64,000 bases of DNA from Octopus sinensis (taxonomy: Eukaryota): positions 5,828,001 through 5,892,000 of the forward strand of contig NC_043024.1 of the NCBI RefSeq assembly GCF_006345805.1. The letters run 5' to 3'. How positions within the stretch are numbered: the first letter of the stretch is position 1; the number at the start of each line of letters is the position of its first letter. Shown here one piece after another: positions 1 to 12,400 of the stretch. Both the position numbers and the translations under genes were made by a program. Below the pieces are notes generated by a model that saw only the letters and a program-made list of their open reading frames with translations, had not been told where the DNA came from and made no database searches.

Positions 1-1313
1 GAAACTATGCTTCAATCTCAAAGGAAGCATATAAATACAGATGAGAGCTTACCCTCCCTGGTTATGGTGTTTATAAGGACACACCACTCACCAAGGCAGC
101 AAAAAAGTGTAAAACGTGTGGTGTTAGTGGTGTTATGGGCTGTGATGGAGCTATGAGGTGTTGGTGGAGGGGATTGCAGATGAGGTGGATGGAAGTAAGG
201 ATTGCAGGGGCCAGTGAGACAGGCAGAGGGCATGTGTGGGCAGGAAGCATGTGTGGTCAGTTCGAGCAGAGACGGCGCAGAGACAAGACGTGTTTAATTT
301 TTGAGAGTGACCGCTGATTTTGCCGAGGTCAACAGGTCAGGCCTTTTGAATTTCTTTCTCCCTTTTGCTTCTTTTTCTGTTGTCCGTTTCCTCCATCACA
401 CAACAAAATGAAAGCCAAATAGAAAAGCTTGAAGGAAATATCAAGACTGCGGCTAACATCGAGTTTACCTTCCATCCTTCTCAGTTGATTAGATATGTAC
501 CAGTTGAATACTAGGGGTCAATGTAATCAACTTACCCTTTCCCCATAAGCTGCTGGCCTTGTGCCAAAATTTGAAATCATTATTATTGATCTTATTATTG
601 TTAATTATTGAATTGTTTCAGAAAGTCTTTTTGCTTCTTCTCCTCTGTTCTTGTTCGTTTCATTTCTTCTCGACAGCTTTAACAAATCTCAGCATTGTTG
701 TGTTCGTTGTTTCTATCTTCTAATTTCTCTAATCAATTCTTTCCAATTTATTCAATTATTTATTAATTTATTTACTGATGGTGATGGTAGTGGTAGTGGT
801 GATGTAGAGAAGGGAACGGAGGAGTGTGAAGTCTTCCCCCCAGCATTCATGATTGACAGCAATAATTGTAGTTTTGATTTCATTAACGATGTGTTGTCTC
901 GTTCTTTCACTTCATAATTGAATTTTATAGAAAATATTGAATATTTAATTAACAACATCCAACTGCTGTTTTTTTTCCTTTCTTTGCTGATTGTTTTTTG
1001 TTTTTGTTTTTGTTTTTTCTCTTCTGCAACTATTAAGGATATTTATTTATAAGATTAATTCTAAGAAGGTTCTAGAAATTTCTTGTTTCAAAAATGTTTT
1101 GGAATATATTAGATTTTCTTTCTACTTGTTTCAGTCATTAGACTGTGGTCATACTGGGGCACTGCCTTGAAGAATTCTTTATTGAATGAAATTACTCCCG
1201 TTCTTAGTTTTCAAGCCTGGTCCTTATTCTAAGTTATGGAGGAATAAACAAACACTGGTTGTCAAGCGGTGGTGAGGGACAGACACACACGTGTGTGTGT
1301 GTGCATATATATA

Positions 1314-1878
1314 TTGGGTTGTCTGGAAAGTTCATGCCGATTTATAGCAGCTTACCTTTCGACTTATTTAAGAACATTGTTGAGTCCATAAAATAGGATT
1401 TGACTACACCTCCATTTAGAGCACAGTTTAAGCTATCTTTCCATGGAAGAAGGTCTATGTTCCTATAACCTGTTTTAATTCTGTAACCCTTTAAAATGGA
1501 AGATAAGAAATTCATTTTCGGCACTTGATGCTTTGGGAACCAGACAAAAATTGCTGCAGCTCGGCTGGGATGGGTTACCCCACCCTTCATATTCACCAGA
1601 TATTGCTCCTTCGGATTTCCACTTATTCAGGTCTCTGCAGAATTGTCTCAATGGTAAAAATTTCAATTCCTTGGATGACGTAAAAAGATACCTTGATGAA
1701 TTCTTTGCCATGAAACCACCTCAATTCTGGGAAGAAGGTATTTTCAAGTTAAAGGAAAGATGGAGACGCATTGTGCAACAAAATGGTTCATATTTGGTTG
1801 ATTAAAAATGTAATGGCAAGTATTTATTGAGCTTTCTGTTTCCTTTAAAAATTGGCACAAACTTTCCAGACAACCCAA
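1314..1878 (+). mobile_element. Internally deleted mariner (DD34D, mellifera-like) with both TIRs
   Basis: About 30-bp TIRs TTGGGTTGTCTGGAAAGTT..., TA flanks. N-terminus MEDKK(I)HFRHLMLWE at 1496 is fused to C-terminal GWDGLPHPSYSPDIAPSDFHLF...GSYLVD*. Confidence 0.92.
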
Positions 1879-1890
1879 TATATATATATA

Positions 1891-2274
1891 CTAGCAGTAT
1901 CGCCCGGCGTTGCTCGGGTTTGTAAGGGAAATAATTATATAAGCATTTTTAGAGATGTAAAGTATAATAGCCATCTCAATATGGCTAACCACAAAGGGGG
2001 AGGGGTGTTACTGTAGCTTTTTACGTTCTGAGATTTAATAATAAATTTTAGAGAGTTACTTCCCTTATATATGTCAAAAATGGATTAAAAATGGGAAAAA
2101 TTGATGGTAAATTTTTTTTTAAATCGTAGACTCACGCTAATACCCAGACGGTCTCGATATGAATCACGGCTATAAGATACCCGGTTTTGGTTAAACTGCA
2201 CCGCAAAATGTGGGAGTAGTTAGGAATCTTAATCGTAGGAGACAGACACACAACCTCACTTTTATATATAAAGA
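1891..2274 (-). mobile_element. Non-autonomous Helitron
   Basis: Minus strand starts TC after host A and ends in hairpin CCCGAGCAACGCCGGG then CTAG before host T. Confidence 0.75.
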
Positions 2275-2374
2275 TTTCCTCTATTTACATAATATTGAGG
2301 TCTCTTTCTTTCTTTTGTTATCTTACTGTTTTTACCAATATACATATATATATATATATAAATATATATATAGT

Positions 2375-2694
2375 TACAGAGATGTACTTGCATAGCAAGT
2401 GACTTGATCTGAGATCGTGTGCTGGAACGAAAACAGTTGCAGCGTTGAAGGTGTTTATAAGCCATTAAGAAACACACAAAAACCGTTAGATTCACTTCAA
2501 CATTTAAATTTAATTTGTCAAAATATTTTCGTCGCTTTGAGACCGCGACCTGTTAGCACGATATTTTTGTCAGTGAACAGGTCGCGGTCTCAAAGCGACG
2601 AAAATATTTTGGCAAATTAAATTTAAATGTTGAAGTGAATGTAACGGTTTTTGTGTGTTTCTTAAATGGCTTATAAACACCTTCCACGCTGCAA
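2375..2694. repeat. Palindromic element, probably Penelope-like pLTR-derived (arms 2437-2554 and 2576-2694)
   Basis: About 118-bp arms with about 4 differences, 21-nt spacer, flanked by (TA)n, carries a hammerhead-like motif. Confidence 0.75.
2566..2616 (+). ncRNA. Minimal type-I hammerhead-like motif with G3:C8 core variant
   Basis: Helix I TTTGTCA/TGGCAAA, core GTGAACA plus extra G, helix II GTCGC/GCGAC, GAAA, palindromic helix III AATATT, NUH = UUU. Confidence 0.6.
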
Positions 2695-3044
2695 TATATA
2701 TATACACACATATATATATATATATGTATGTATGTATGTATGTGTGTATATGTGTATGCATGTATGTGTGTGTGTGTGCGTGTCTGTGCTTGTGATTGTC
2801 CTCCACCACTGCTTGACAACGAATGTTGGTTTGTTTACATCCCTGTCACCTAGTGGTTTGACAAAGGAAACAGATAGAATAAGTACAATGCTTACAAAAA
2901 TAAAACTGGAGTTGATTCATTAAACTACAATTCTTCAAGGCATTGCCCCAGCATGGCCACAGACCAATGGCTGGAAAAAGCAGAAGAATAAAAGAATACA
3001 TTCTCTGCTTTAGTCTTATGTTCAAGGCATGAGAAAGCTTGAGT

Positions 3045-3545
3045 TTACATGAGCAGGCCTAACAGACCTGGTAGAAACAGCAACCAAATCTCCCTCAAAT
3101 CACACCTTACTGTCTTATGTATGTATATATATATATATGAGCCAATGAGGGGGACCTCTACATGGTAGCTAGACCTGGTAGAAATAGCAGCCAAATTTCC
3201 CCCAAATCACACCTTACTGTCTTATCTATGTATATATGTATGTATGAGCCTATGAGGGAGACCCCTACATGGCAGCTAGACCTGGTAGAAATAGCAGCCA
3301 AATTTCCCCCAATCACACCTTACTGTCTTATCTATGTATATATGTATGTATGAGCCTATGAGGGAGATCCCTACATGGCAGCTAGACCTGGTAGAAATAG
3401 CAGCCAAATCTCCCCCAATCACACCTTACTGTCTTATCTATGTATATATGTATGTATGAGCCTATGAGGGAGACCCCTACATGGCAGCTAGACATGGTAG
3501 AAATAGCAGCCAAATCTCCCTCAAATCACACCTTACTGTCTTATC
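3045..3545 (+). repeat. Tandem repeat, period about 106 bp, about 5 units
   Basis: TACATGG recurs at 3159, 3266, 3372 and 3478; the unit resembles a dispersed repeat also seen inverted near 36290-36350. Confidence 0.9.
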
Positions 3546-4122
3546 TTTCTGCTACTTGGATATAGGTGTTATATTCGTCCTAAAAACTTTCCTGTCACAC
3601 ACTCACGCACACGCACACACACACACACACACGCACCCTCACACACACACACACGCGCACACCCACACACACCCACTCACACACACGCACGTTAGCTTAC
3701 AATTTTATTTATATATTTGCGTGTCTATGTGTTGAAAGAGGAAGTGGGAGGCAGAGTGAAAGAATCACTCACTACAGTAAGTCAATTACTTTCATTTTAT
3801 TCGTTGCCCACTGTGTGTGTGCGTTTGCGTGTGCTGTAAACCAGACTAAGAAAAACATTTGACACACACACCAGAATGTGAGTTTTCTGTAAATTTTGCT
3901 TAATTGGAGTTTAAATTTAAAAAACTGGACCTGGCATGACGCGATGCATTGTACTCTTAAAAATGCAAGGTAAATTGTAATTGAAGAAATCCTATATTGT
4001 AGATTTGTATAACTCCCAAAGGGAGGCAGATAAAATCTGCCTTTTATAATAAGATATATATATATATGTATACACATACATGTATATGAATATATGTATA
4101 TATATGTATGAATATATGTATA

Positions 4123-4450
4123 TACAGGGTGCAGTGAATAAACTGTTGTCTAAATTACTCAAAAATGAAAATAACACTGACATCTCATTTTAGCAGATAT
4201 ATTTACCAAAATTATTTTAAAATATCTTGAAATACTAAAGAGAAAATTGGCTTCAACCACAGCATCCAGACGACTTCGGAATCTCCTGTAACTCTTCTGG
4301 ATGGTCTCCTTGTTTAAGTTGCTCAATGCTGCCATAATCCTTGCCTTCAGTTCATCTTTGGTGTTACAGGAGTTTTGTTGGTCTCTGACTCAACTGTTCC
4401 CCATGCATAATAATCAAGGCAGTTGCAGTCTGGGGATTTAGGTGGCCACA
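4123..4450 (-). mobile_element. Tc1/mariner DD37D (maT-like) transposase 3' fragment with TIR
   Basis: Minus-strand WPPKSPDCNCLDYYAWG motif and a terminal TA-CAGGGTG end. Confidence 0.7.
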
Positions 4451-4504
4451 ACTGCTTAACTTCTCAAGCTAACCTGTCTTATCTCTCGAATTTTCTTTCT
4501 TCTT

Positions 4505-4885
4505 TATCGCATACCTGGCTATATTGTCGTGGCATCTCTTATATTCCTTCTGGGCTAGTGGCGTACATTGGTTGGTAATATACTATTAAGTTTCACCATT
4601 TTATCCGCAGATTCTGCACTTATCACTTTCTGATGTTGTCTATTCTGTATTTTATGTAGTTTGTTCTTAGTGCTTGATCTTGGGCAGCACAGATTAGAGC
4701 CTTCGTTTCCGGTTTTAAATCACTTTTAGTCATCCACGACCATCTTTTTTCTCTGTCTGTCTTATCTCCAACGTCCTTATGAAATTGTCCCTGCATTCTT
4801 TTTTTTACCCACCTATAATCAGTTTCATTTGTTTTCAATTTCTTGTATAGTGCTTTATCTTTGCACTCTTTCATCCTACACAAGC
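4505..4885 (-). mobile_element. RLE-type non-LTR retrotransposon fragment (R4/Dong-like)
   Basis: WSWMTKSDLKPETKALICAAQDQALRTNY, then after a frameshift DKCRICG*NGET..ITNQCTPLAQKEYKRCHDNIAR (degenerate CCHC knuckle). Confidence 0.75.
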
Positions 4886-5137
4886 CTGACCTTCCTACTT
4901 TCTTTATTGTTGTTGTTGTTGTTAAGCTAGCAAGCTGGCAGGATCGTTAGCATTCCAGGAAAAATGCTCATCAGCATCCTGCCTATCCCCATGTTCTTAG
5001 TTCAAATTTTTGCCCAGGTTGATTTGCCTTTCATTTTCTCAGGGTCAATAAAATCAGCACCAGTTGACCCTGGGGTCAATGTAATCAACTTACCCTCTCC
5101 TCCAAAATTGCTGGCCTTGTACCAAAGTATGAAACCA

Positions 5138-5157
5138 TGATTATTATTATGATTATT

Positions 5158-5188
<31 letters not shown>

Positions 5189-5227
5189 TTACTACTATTA
5201 TTATTATTATTATTATTATTATTTTTA

Positions 5228-5275
<48 letters not shown>
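5138..5275 (+). repeat. (TTA)n microsatellite; (AAT)n also at 17140-17194
   Basis: Direct reading. Confidence 0.95.
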
Positions 5276-5276
<1 letters not shown>

Positions 5277-7224
5277 GGTGGTGAGTTGGCAGAGTTGTTA
5301 GCACTCTGGGCAAAATGTTTAGCAGCATTTCACCTTTTGAAATACTGGGGTTAACATAATTGACTATTCCCCTCTCCCTTGTGCCTTTAGTAGAAAGGAC
5401 TATTGTTATCATTATTATTATTATCATTATTATTATTATTATGAGGTGGCAAGCTGGCAGAACTGTTAACGCGCTAGGTAAAATAGGCATTTTGTCCATC
5501 TTTATGTTTTGAGTTCGAATTCTGCTGAGGTTAACTTTACCTTACATCCTTTCAAGGTTGATAAATTAAGTACCAGTGAAACACTTGGGTTGATGCAATT
5601 AACTAGTCCCATCAGCCAAAATTTCAGGCCTTGTGCCCCAAAGGGTTATTATCAGTATCCTGATATTTTCAAAATCAGGGGCACTTAAAAAGCACCCACT
5701 ACACTCTCGGAGTGGTTGATGTCAGGAAGGGCATCCAGCTGTAGAAACCTTGCCAGATCAGATTGGAGCCTGGTGCAGCTTCCTGGCTTGCCAGTTCCCA
5801 GTCAAACCATCCAACCCAAACCAGCATGGAAAACGGACATCAAACAAGGATGATGATGGCGATGATTAATCTGGGGCAGAAAGAAGACCAATATCTCTGG
5901 TTTTGTGACTGTTTTCTGTGTGAGGTTGGAGATTATAGTGTCTAAAAATGGGTATCATTTTATAACTCGTAAAATAAAAAAAATAATTTAAAAGCCAACC
6001 AAAATTAAGAAAAAAGTAATAACAACATCAACAACAACAGCAACAATAATAATAGTTAATGTTAAACTAGTTCAATGATACCTTAACCTTTGGAAGTTTG
6101 GCACCCTTTTTCACCAAATGACATTTCACAAAAGACCCCCTCTCCCTTCTGTGTAACTTGCACCCCCAAAAACAAGATAAATATACCCCAACAGATTGCT
6201 TTGATCAAAGAGAAGCTAACTTTTGTGCAGTGGTTTATTATCTTTAATAAGTCTGGCTTTTATCTTTGACTTCTTTCTGTCTTTTGAATTGGACTGCGGA
6301 CATGCTGGAGCAAATCGACATCAGTTTTTGCTTTTTGTTTGAGTTTTTAAAAAAAATCTTTGTTAAGTCTGGTACTTATTCTATCAGTCTCTTACACCAA
6401 ACTGCTAAGTTACGGGGATGTAAGCAAACTACTTCGGTCATCAAGTGGAGATACGGGCAGGAAGAAACACACAAACACACACACTTGAATATACACATAC
6501 AACGGGCTTCCATACAGTTTCCATCTGCCAAATTCACTCACAAAGCATTATTGAGCCAATGGCTATAATAAAAGACACTTGTCCAGGGTACCACACTGTG
6601 GGATTGAACCCCAATCCACATGATTGCGAAGTCTCAGCCACACAAACATACCTGTATCTACATTCTCTTATATTATCCAATCCAGCACAAGTCTTTTCCC
6701 TTTTTTTAAATTTTATAAATATTTGCATAGACTAGCGCCCTCTGTGAGCGTATGTTTGTCCCCTGCTACTGCTTGATGACTGGTGTTTACATCATCCCCC
6801 ATAACTTAGCAGTTCAGCAAAAGTAACTGATAGAACAAGTAGGGAGCTTAAAGGGAAATGGGCACTGGGGTTGATGTATTCTTTTGCTTGTTTCAGTCAC
6901 TTGATTGCAGCCATGCTGGAGCACTGCCTTAAATTGAAGAAATCGATCTGAGGACTTATTCTTTGTCAGCCTAGAACTTTTGCTGAACTGGTAAGTTACG
7001 GGGACGTAAACACACCAACATCAGTTATCAAGGAATGAGGTGTGGGACAAACAAAAACTTACAAGTAGATATGGTTGATGGAAACTGAAAGAAGCCTGTC
7101 ATGAAGAAGACCCATCCACCACAGCAGAATTTATACCAGTGCTGGTGCCACATAAAAGCTCTCAGTACACTCTGTGGGGTGGTTGGCATTAGGGAGGGCA
7201 TCCAGCCATAGAAACCATGCCAGA

Positions 7225-8110
7225 AAGCTCCTACCCCTGCTTGCAACTAAGGGCCTCTCTCTCAAAGTGAAAGGTAGACTGCATGATGCATGTGTGTTAC
7301 ACAGCAGTGAAACATGGGCCATGACTGCTGAGGACTTGCATAGGTTTGAAAGAAATTAAGCTGGTATGATCCACTGGATGTGTAATGTCAGTGTGCATAC
7401 ACAAAAGAATGTAAGCACCCTGAGAGAAAAGTTGGACATAAGAAGCGTCAAATGTGGTGTGCAAGAGAGACGACTGCTCTGGTATGGTCATGTGTTACAT
7501 ATGGATGAGGACAGCCGTGTGAGGAAGTTCCACTCCCTAACTGTAGAAGGATCCTGTGGAAGAGGTAGAGCCAGGAAGACATGGGAGGAGATGGTGAAGC
7601 ATGACCTTTTGAACATTGGGCCTTATAGAGGCAATGACAGGAAACCTAGACCTTTGGAGATATACTGTGATCGAGAAGACCTGGCAACTAAAGTGAGATT
7701 GTAGCCATGGCTGATGCCAGTGTTGCATGTCTGGTCCATTTAAAAGTACCCCTGATGCATCGGGTGATATGATATGCTTGGGAAGGCCTGTCGAGTCAAG
7801 TAAAATCAAAATTGCAGCCCTGGCTGGCCAGTGGCCCCTGACTGGCTCCCATTTCAGTGACATGTAAAAAGCACCATCTGAACCTGGCTGATGCTAGTAC
7901 CCACTGACTGGTTCATAAAAAGCACTATCTGAACATGATTGATGCCAGGCCTGCCTGACTGGCTCCCCTGTGCCAGTGGCACATAAAAATCACCCATTAC
8001 ACTTTTGGAGTGGTTGGCGTTAGGAAGGGCATCCAGCTGTAGAAACATTGTCAGATCAGATTGGAGCCTGGTGCAGCATGGAAAACAGATGCTAAACGAT
8101 GATGATGATG
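7225..8110 (+). mobile_element. 5'-truncated RTE-clade LINE (C-terminal ORF remnant plus 3' UTR)
   Basis: LLPLLATKGLSLKVKGRLHDACV...WYGHVLHMDE...GRGRARKTW with internal stops; 3' UTR ends in (GAT)n. Confidence 0.9.
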
Positions 8111-8963
8111 ATGATATCTGTGTGTTTTCATGTAAGTATGTGTATATACATACATATATATATACATGTGCATGTGTGGTTGTGTATGGAATTATAACAA
8201 ACACAATGGGCACTTTCTTTGACTGCACTGTTATTCCTGAATATATACACTAGATGTGAGTGTGTATATATAAGAGTATCTAGGGACAGCGATGATGATG
8301 ATGATGATAAGAGAGTGGTGGTGGAATGGAACGTGCAGAAGAGTGGGTGGGGGTGTTATATATTTACTGTGAATCTTAAACAAAGTAGGTATTGATATCA
8401 ATTTCTGAATTTCCACACATGATCAACTTTATTGATTTTGAGTTAATTGATTAAAGTTATTGATTATCGTCAGTTTGAAAAAAAAATTTTTTTTTCTTAA
8501 ATTTAAATGCATTTTGTAGTATTTTTGTTTAGTTTTTTTTTCCTAATTTCATTTTATTATTTTTGTTGTTTTTCTTCTATTGTTTTTTCTAAAATTGCGA
8601 AGCCTTACAATATTATTGATTTCCTTTGATTGAACACATGGCTTCAGATGGAATTTCTAAGACTTTATGAAGGGAAACAAGAAATGGAATGATGCAATGC
8701 CTTGTCTTACCATTCTATCTTCTCCAAGGCAACACATTAGCTGTAAATAGGGTGGGAGGGCAAGGAGGGAAGGAGTTTACTTTGTGAATAGGTTTTTAGC
8801 ATTAGTCTCTTATTCTTTTGCTCGTTTCAGTTACTTGACTGCAGCCATGCTGGAGCACCACCTTAAAGGGTTTTAGTCAAAGAAAGCGACCCCGGGACTT
8901 ATTCTTTGTAAGCCTAGTACTTATTCTATTGGTCTCTTTTGCTGAACTGCTAAGTTCAGTATT

Positions 8964-9013
<50 letters not shown>

Positions 9014-9060
9014 CATTATTTACATTCGATGGATATTTGTCCTCATCTTATTTGTTGTTA

Positions 9061-9105
9061 ACATAGCGTTTCAGCTGATATACCCTCCAGCCTTCTTCAG
9101 GTGTC
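9061..9105 (-). ncRNA. Decayed type-I hammerhead motif (left arm of palindrome)
   Basis: Minus strand GACAC-CTGAAGA-A-GGCTG..CAGCT-GAAA-CG-CT-ATGT; U16.1 mutated. Confidence 0.55.
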
Positions 9106-9381
9106 TTGGGAAAATTTTGAACCTGGGTTCGCATTCCTAAGTTATTTTTCGATGTTATTATTATTATTGTTAGTGTTCAGGTCACTGCTTGAAATTGAAC
9201 TTGGAATCTTGGGGTTAGTAGCCCGCAATCTTAACTACTACGCCATATAAGAGCGCAAGCTACTAACCCCAAGATTCCGAGTTTGATTCCAAGCAGTGAC
9301 CTGAATACTAACAACAACAATAATAATAATAATATCGAAAAATACCTTAGGAATGAGAACCCAGGTTCAAAATTTCCCCAA

Positions 9382-9427
9382 GACACCTGATGGAGTCTAG
9401 AGGGTATATCAGCCAAAACGTTGTGTT
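9382..9427 (+). ncRNA. Decayed type-I hammerhead motif (right arm of palindrome)
   Basis: GACAC-CTGATGGA..CAGCC-AAAA-CG-TT-GTGTT; G12 mutated. The two arms together reconstruct an intact core. Confidence 0.5.
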
Positions 9428-12400
9428 AACAACAAACAAGATGAGGACAAATATCCGTCGAATGTAAATAATGTACATAAATCCTCATCTCTTAAATATA
9501 GAACTATATATATATATATATATATATATATTGCACTCTGGTCAAATCCTCTATGTTTTGGTATGGACAAAGCAAAATAATCAAGATACCCTTGGCCTAA
9601 AGAATAGCCTGTTGTATACACTTCACTTCGATCTTTACTACTTTTGAGGCTCTGCTCACTATGAAACATATGCAGTCTGGATTTTATCTGCTCCATTCCT
9701 TAACTAGTGGATTTTTATTTGCATATCTGATGAACCTGGCTGCCAACCTTGAAATATGAAATTCTTATCAGCTTATCATACTTCAATATTGGAAAAATTC
9801 ACCACCTTCCGCACCAATAAACTACTGTTGTTCCTGAAAGTTGTTTTTATATTTCCTCTGGATTGCTTGAAACTCACTTACTTCCTACACTTTGACCCTT
9901 ACATTTATATATATTCTTTTATGCTTCAATCATTTGACTGCAGCTGAAAGAATAAGTACCAGGCTTAGACACACATAAATAATAGGGTTGAATTATTTAA
10001 CTATAAAATAAAATCCCTCAAAGCAGTGCTCCAGCATGGCCACAAATGAAACGATAAACAATAACGACGATGGTGATGATATATATATATATCCTTTTAC
10101 TTGCTTCTGTCATTTGACAGTGGCCATGCTGGAACACCGCCTTTAGTCAAGCAAATCGACCTCAGGACTTATACTTTGTAAGCCTAGTACTTATTCTATT
10201 GGTTGCTTTAGCTGAACCGCTAAGTTACGGGGACATAACTGCACCAGCATTGGTTGTCAAGCAATGTTGGGGGTGGACAAGCACAAATACATATACGACG
10301 GGCTTCTTTCAGTTTCTTATTTCTTTACTGCCCACAAGGGGCTACACAGAGGGACAAACAAGCACAGACAAATGGATTAAGTCGATAATATTAACCCCAG
10401 TGCGTAACTGGTACTTATTTAATCGACCCTGAAAGGATGAAAGGCAAAAATCGACCTCAGCGGCATTTGCACACAGAATGTAAAGACAGATGAAATACTG
10501 CTAAGCATTTCGCCCGGCATGCTAATGATTCTGCCAGCTTGCCGCCTTTTCTTTCAGTTTCTATCTATTGAATCCACTCACAAGGCTTTCGTCAGCTCAA
10601 GGCTATAGTAGAAGATACTTGCCCAAGGTGCCACGCAGTGGGACTGAACCCAGAACCATGTGGCTGGTAAACAAGCTACTTACTAAACAGCCACTCATAT
10701 ATATACATATATACTTAGACAAAAAGGAATTAAACACAGAAAAGATATATACATAGCAAAATTTTCACAACAATAATTAAAAACACAAACACCAAAAGAT
10801 ATGATAATTGAATTTATTCTTTAATAACTGTATATATTTTTTTTATATTTTTTTTTTAATATTTTGTTTAAATTTAATAACTGTACATCATTGAAATTTT
10901 ACAGTTTGTAAGGATGGGTGGGCGAGAGAGGGTTTAAATAGAAAGAATAATAATAAATTACTGTACAGTAACTGCATTTGTTATGTACTTTGAATGGGAA
11001 GTTTCGGGGGTGGTTTTTTTTTTGTAATTTTCATTTATATATTTTTTTCATTGTAGGTACAGGAGCACAGTTTTTACAGATAGGACTGAAAGGGGGGTGG
11101 TGTGTGGTATGGAATTGGTGATAGTGTTGTTAAAGGGAATTTGGGGCTGTGCCACTTAGTGACACATACACATATATATATAGGTTTTAGAAAGAAATAT
11201 CTAGAAATATTTATACATTTTATATTTTTTGAGTCTGCAAGTGGTGGGGTCGGGTTGGTGGGCAATTAGAAATTAGGGATGAGGTTCAGCTAGCTACATA
11301 CATACTATATATACATATATATGTATACACACACACATGTGTGTGTGTATATAAACATATATACATGTGTATATAAAAGTGTACATGAATATATATATAT
11401 ATGTATATATTATGTATGTACAACATATTTATGATGGGGTGGGATTTATTATAAACTGTACTGGAATTAAGTGCAGGTCTTTCTTTGTAACTGGTGAAAC
11501 GATATAGTTAATGTACAAACCACATACAGACAGACTCGGAACAGAGTTTATCAAAGAAATTATCACCATTTATTTAATATTAATCACTTTAGGTATTGTA
11601 AATAACACATACATACAGACACACACACACACACACACAACATAAAACAACACATCACATCATTAAAATTTTACTATTGTTTGTGTTGAAGATCTATTAT
11701 CATTATTATTATTATCATTATTTTTCATTTTTTTTTTTTTGTTGAGAGCGATCCGAGGGACTAATGAGGGTCGGATCAAAGTGTTAGTGTCATTGTCATT
11801 TCGTGTCTGTTATTATTATTATTATTTCAGTCCCCTGCAGGTATGGATTTGACAGTGTCTCCCTATGTCAAAGTGGAGGGTGGGGTTACACTTTAGCAAA
11901 AAGAAAAAAAAAGAGGAAAAAAAAGGATGAGGTGAATTTTTGTAATTAATATGGAAAATTAAAAAACATCTTACAAAGTCTCTTTGAATGGCAGGTACAA
12001 TTAAAATGCTTGTCTTTCATTGTGTGTGTGTGTGCTTATATGCTAGTAACATCTGCCCTGCTTTAAACATGTACACAGAGACACACATACATGAAATAGA
12101 ATGCATGGAATTTACTTCAGTGAGATCTATGACTGATATATATATATATATATATATATGCATGTGTGTGCATATATTATATATATACACATATACATAT
12201 ATTATATATATACACACATATACATACACACACATGCACATATGACTACTGCAATTTATTAAGCAAAGACTTGTTGTTGCTGTTTAAAGAAAAATGAGTG
12301 TGTGTGTGTGTGTGTGTGTGTATCAGCAAACAAGATAATGAATATACATACATTTTGTATATGTAATGTCATAAGACTTGCTCTTGTTTGCAGTCACTCT

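Larger units (their letters stand above)
9013..9474. mobile_element. Head-to-head inverted pair of a tRNA-headed, hammerhead-bearing short element
   Basis: About 210-bp arms. The minus copy starts GGCGTAGTAGTTAAG..CTACTAA..GTTCAATT (A/B-box-like); both arms end in hammerhead remnants. Confidence 0.7.

Noticed and set aside
1311-1322. NPIY-encoding sequence on minus at the mariner terminus
   Set aside because: Coincidence of the TIR plus TA tract; not an integrin exon.
8750-8769. G-quadruplex-consensus runs (also near 30940, 41310-41335 and 53005-53035)
   Set aside because: Isolated matches are expected in such low-complexity DNA; no functional context is visible.
11757-11870. Short hairpins GATCCGA..TCGGATC and TTTGACA..TGTCAAA
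   Set aside because: Seven-bp stems are too short for miRNA precursors and match no known mature sequence that I recall.
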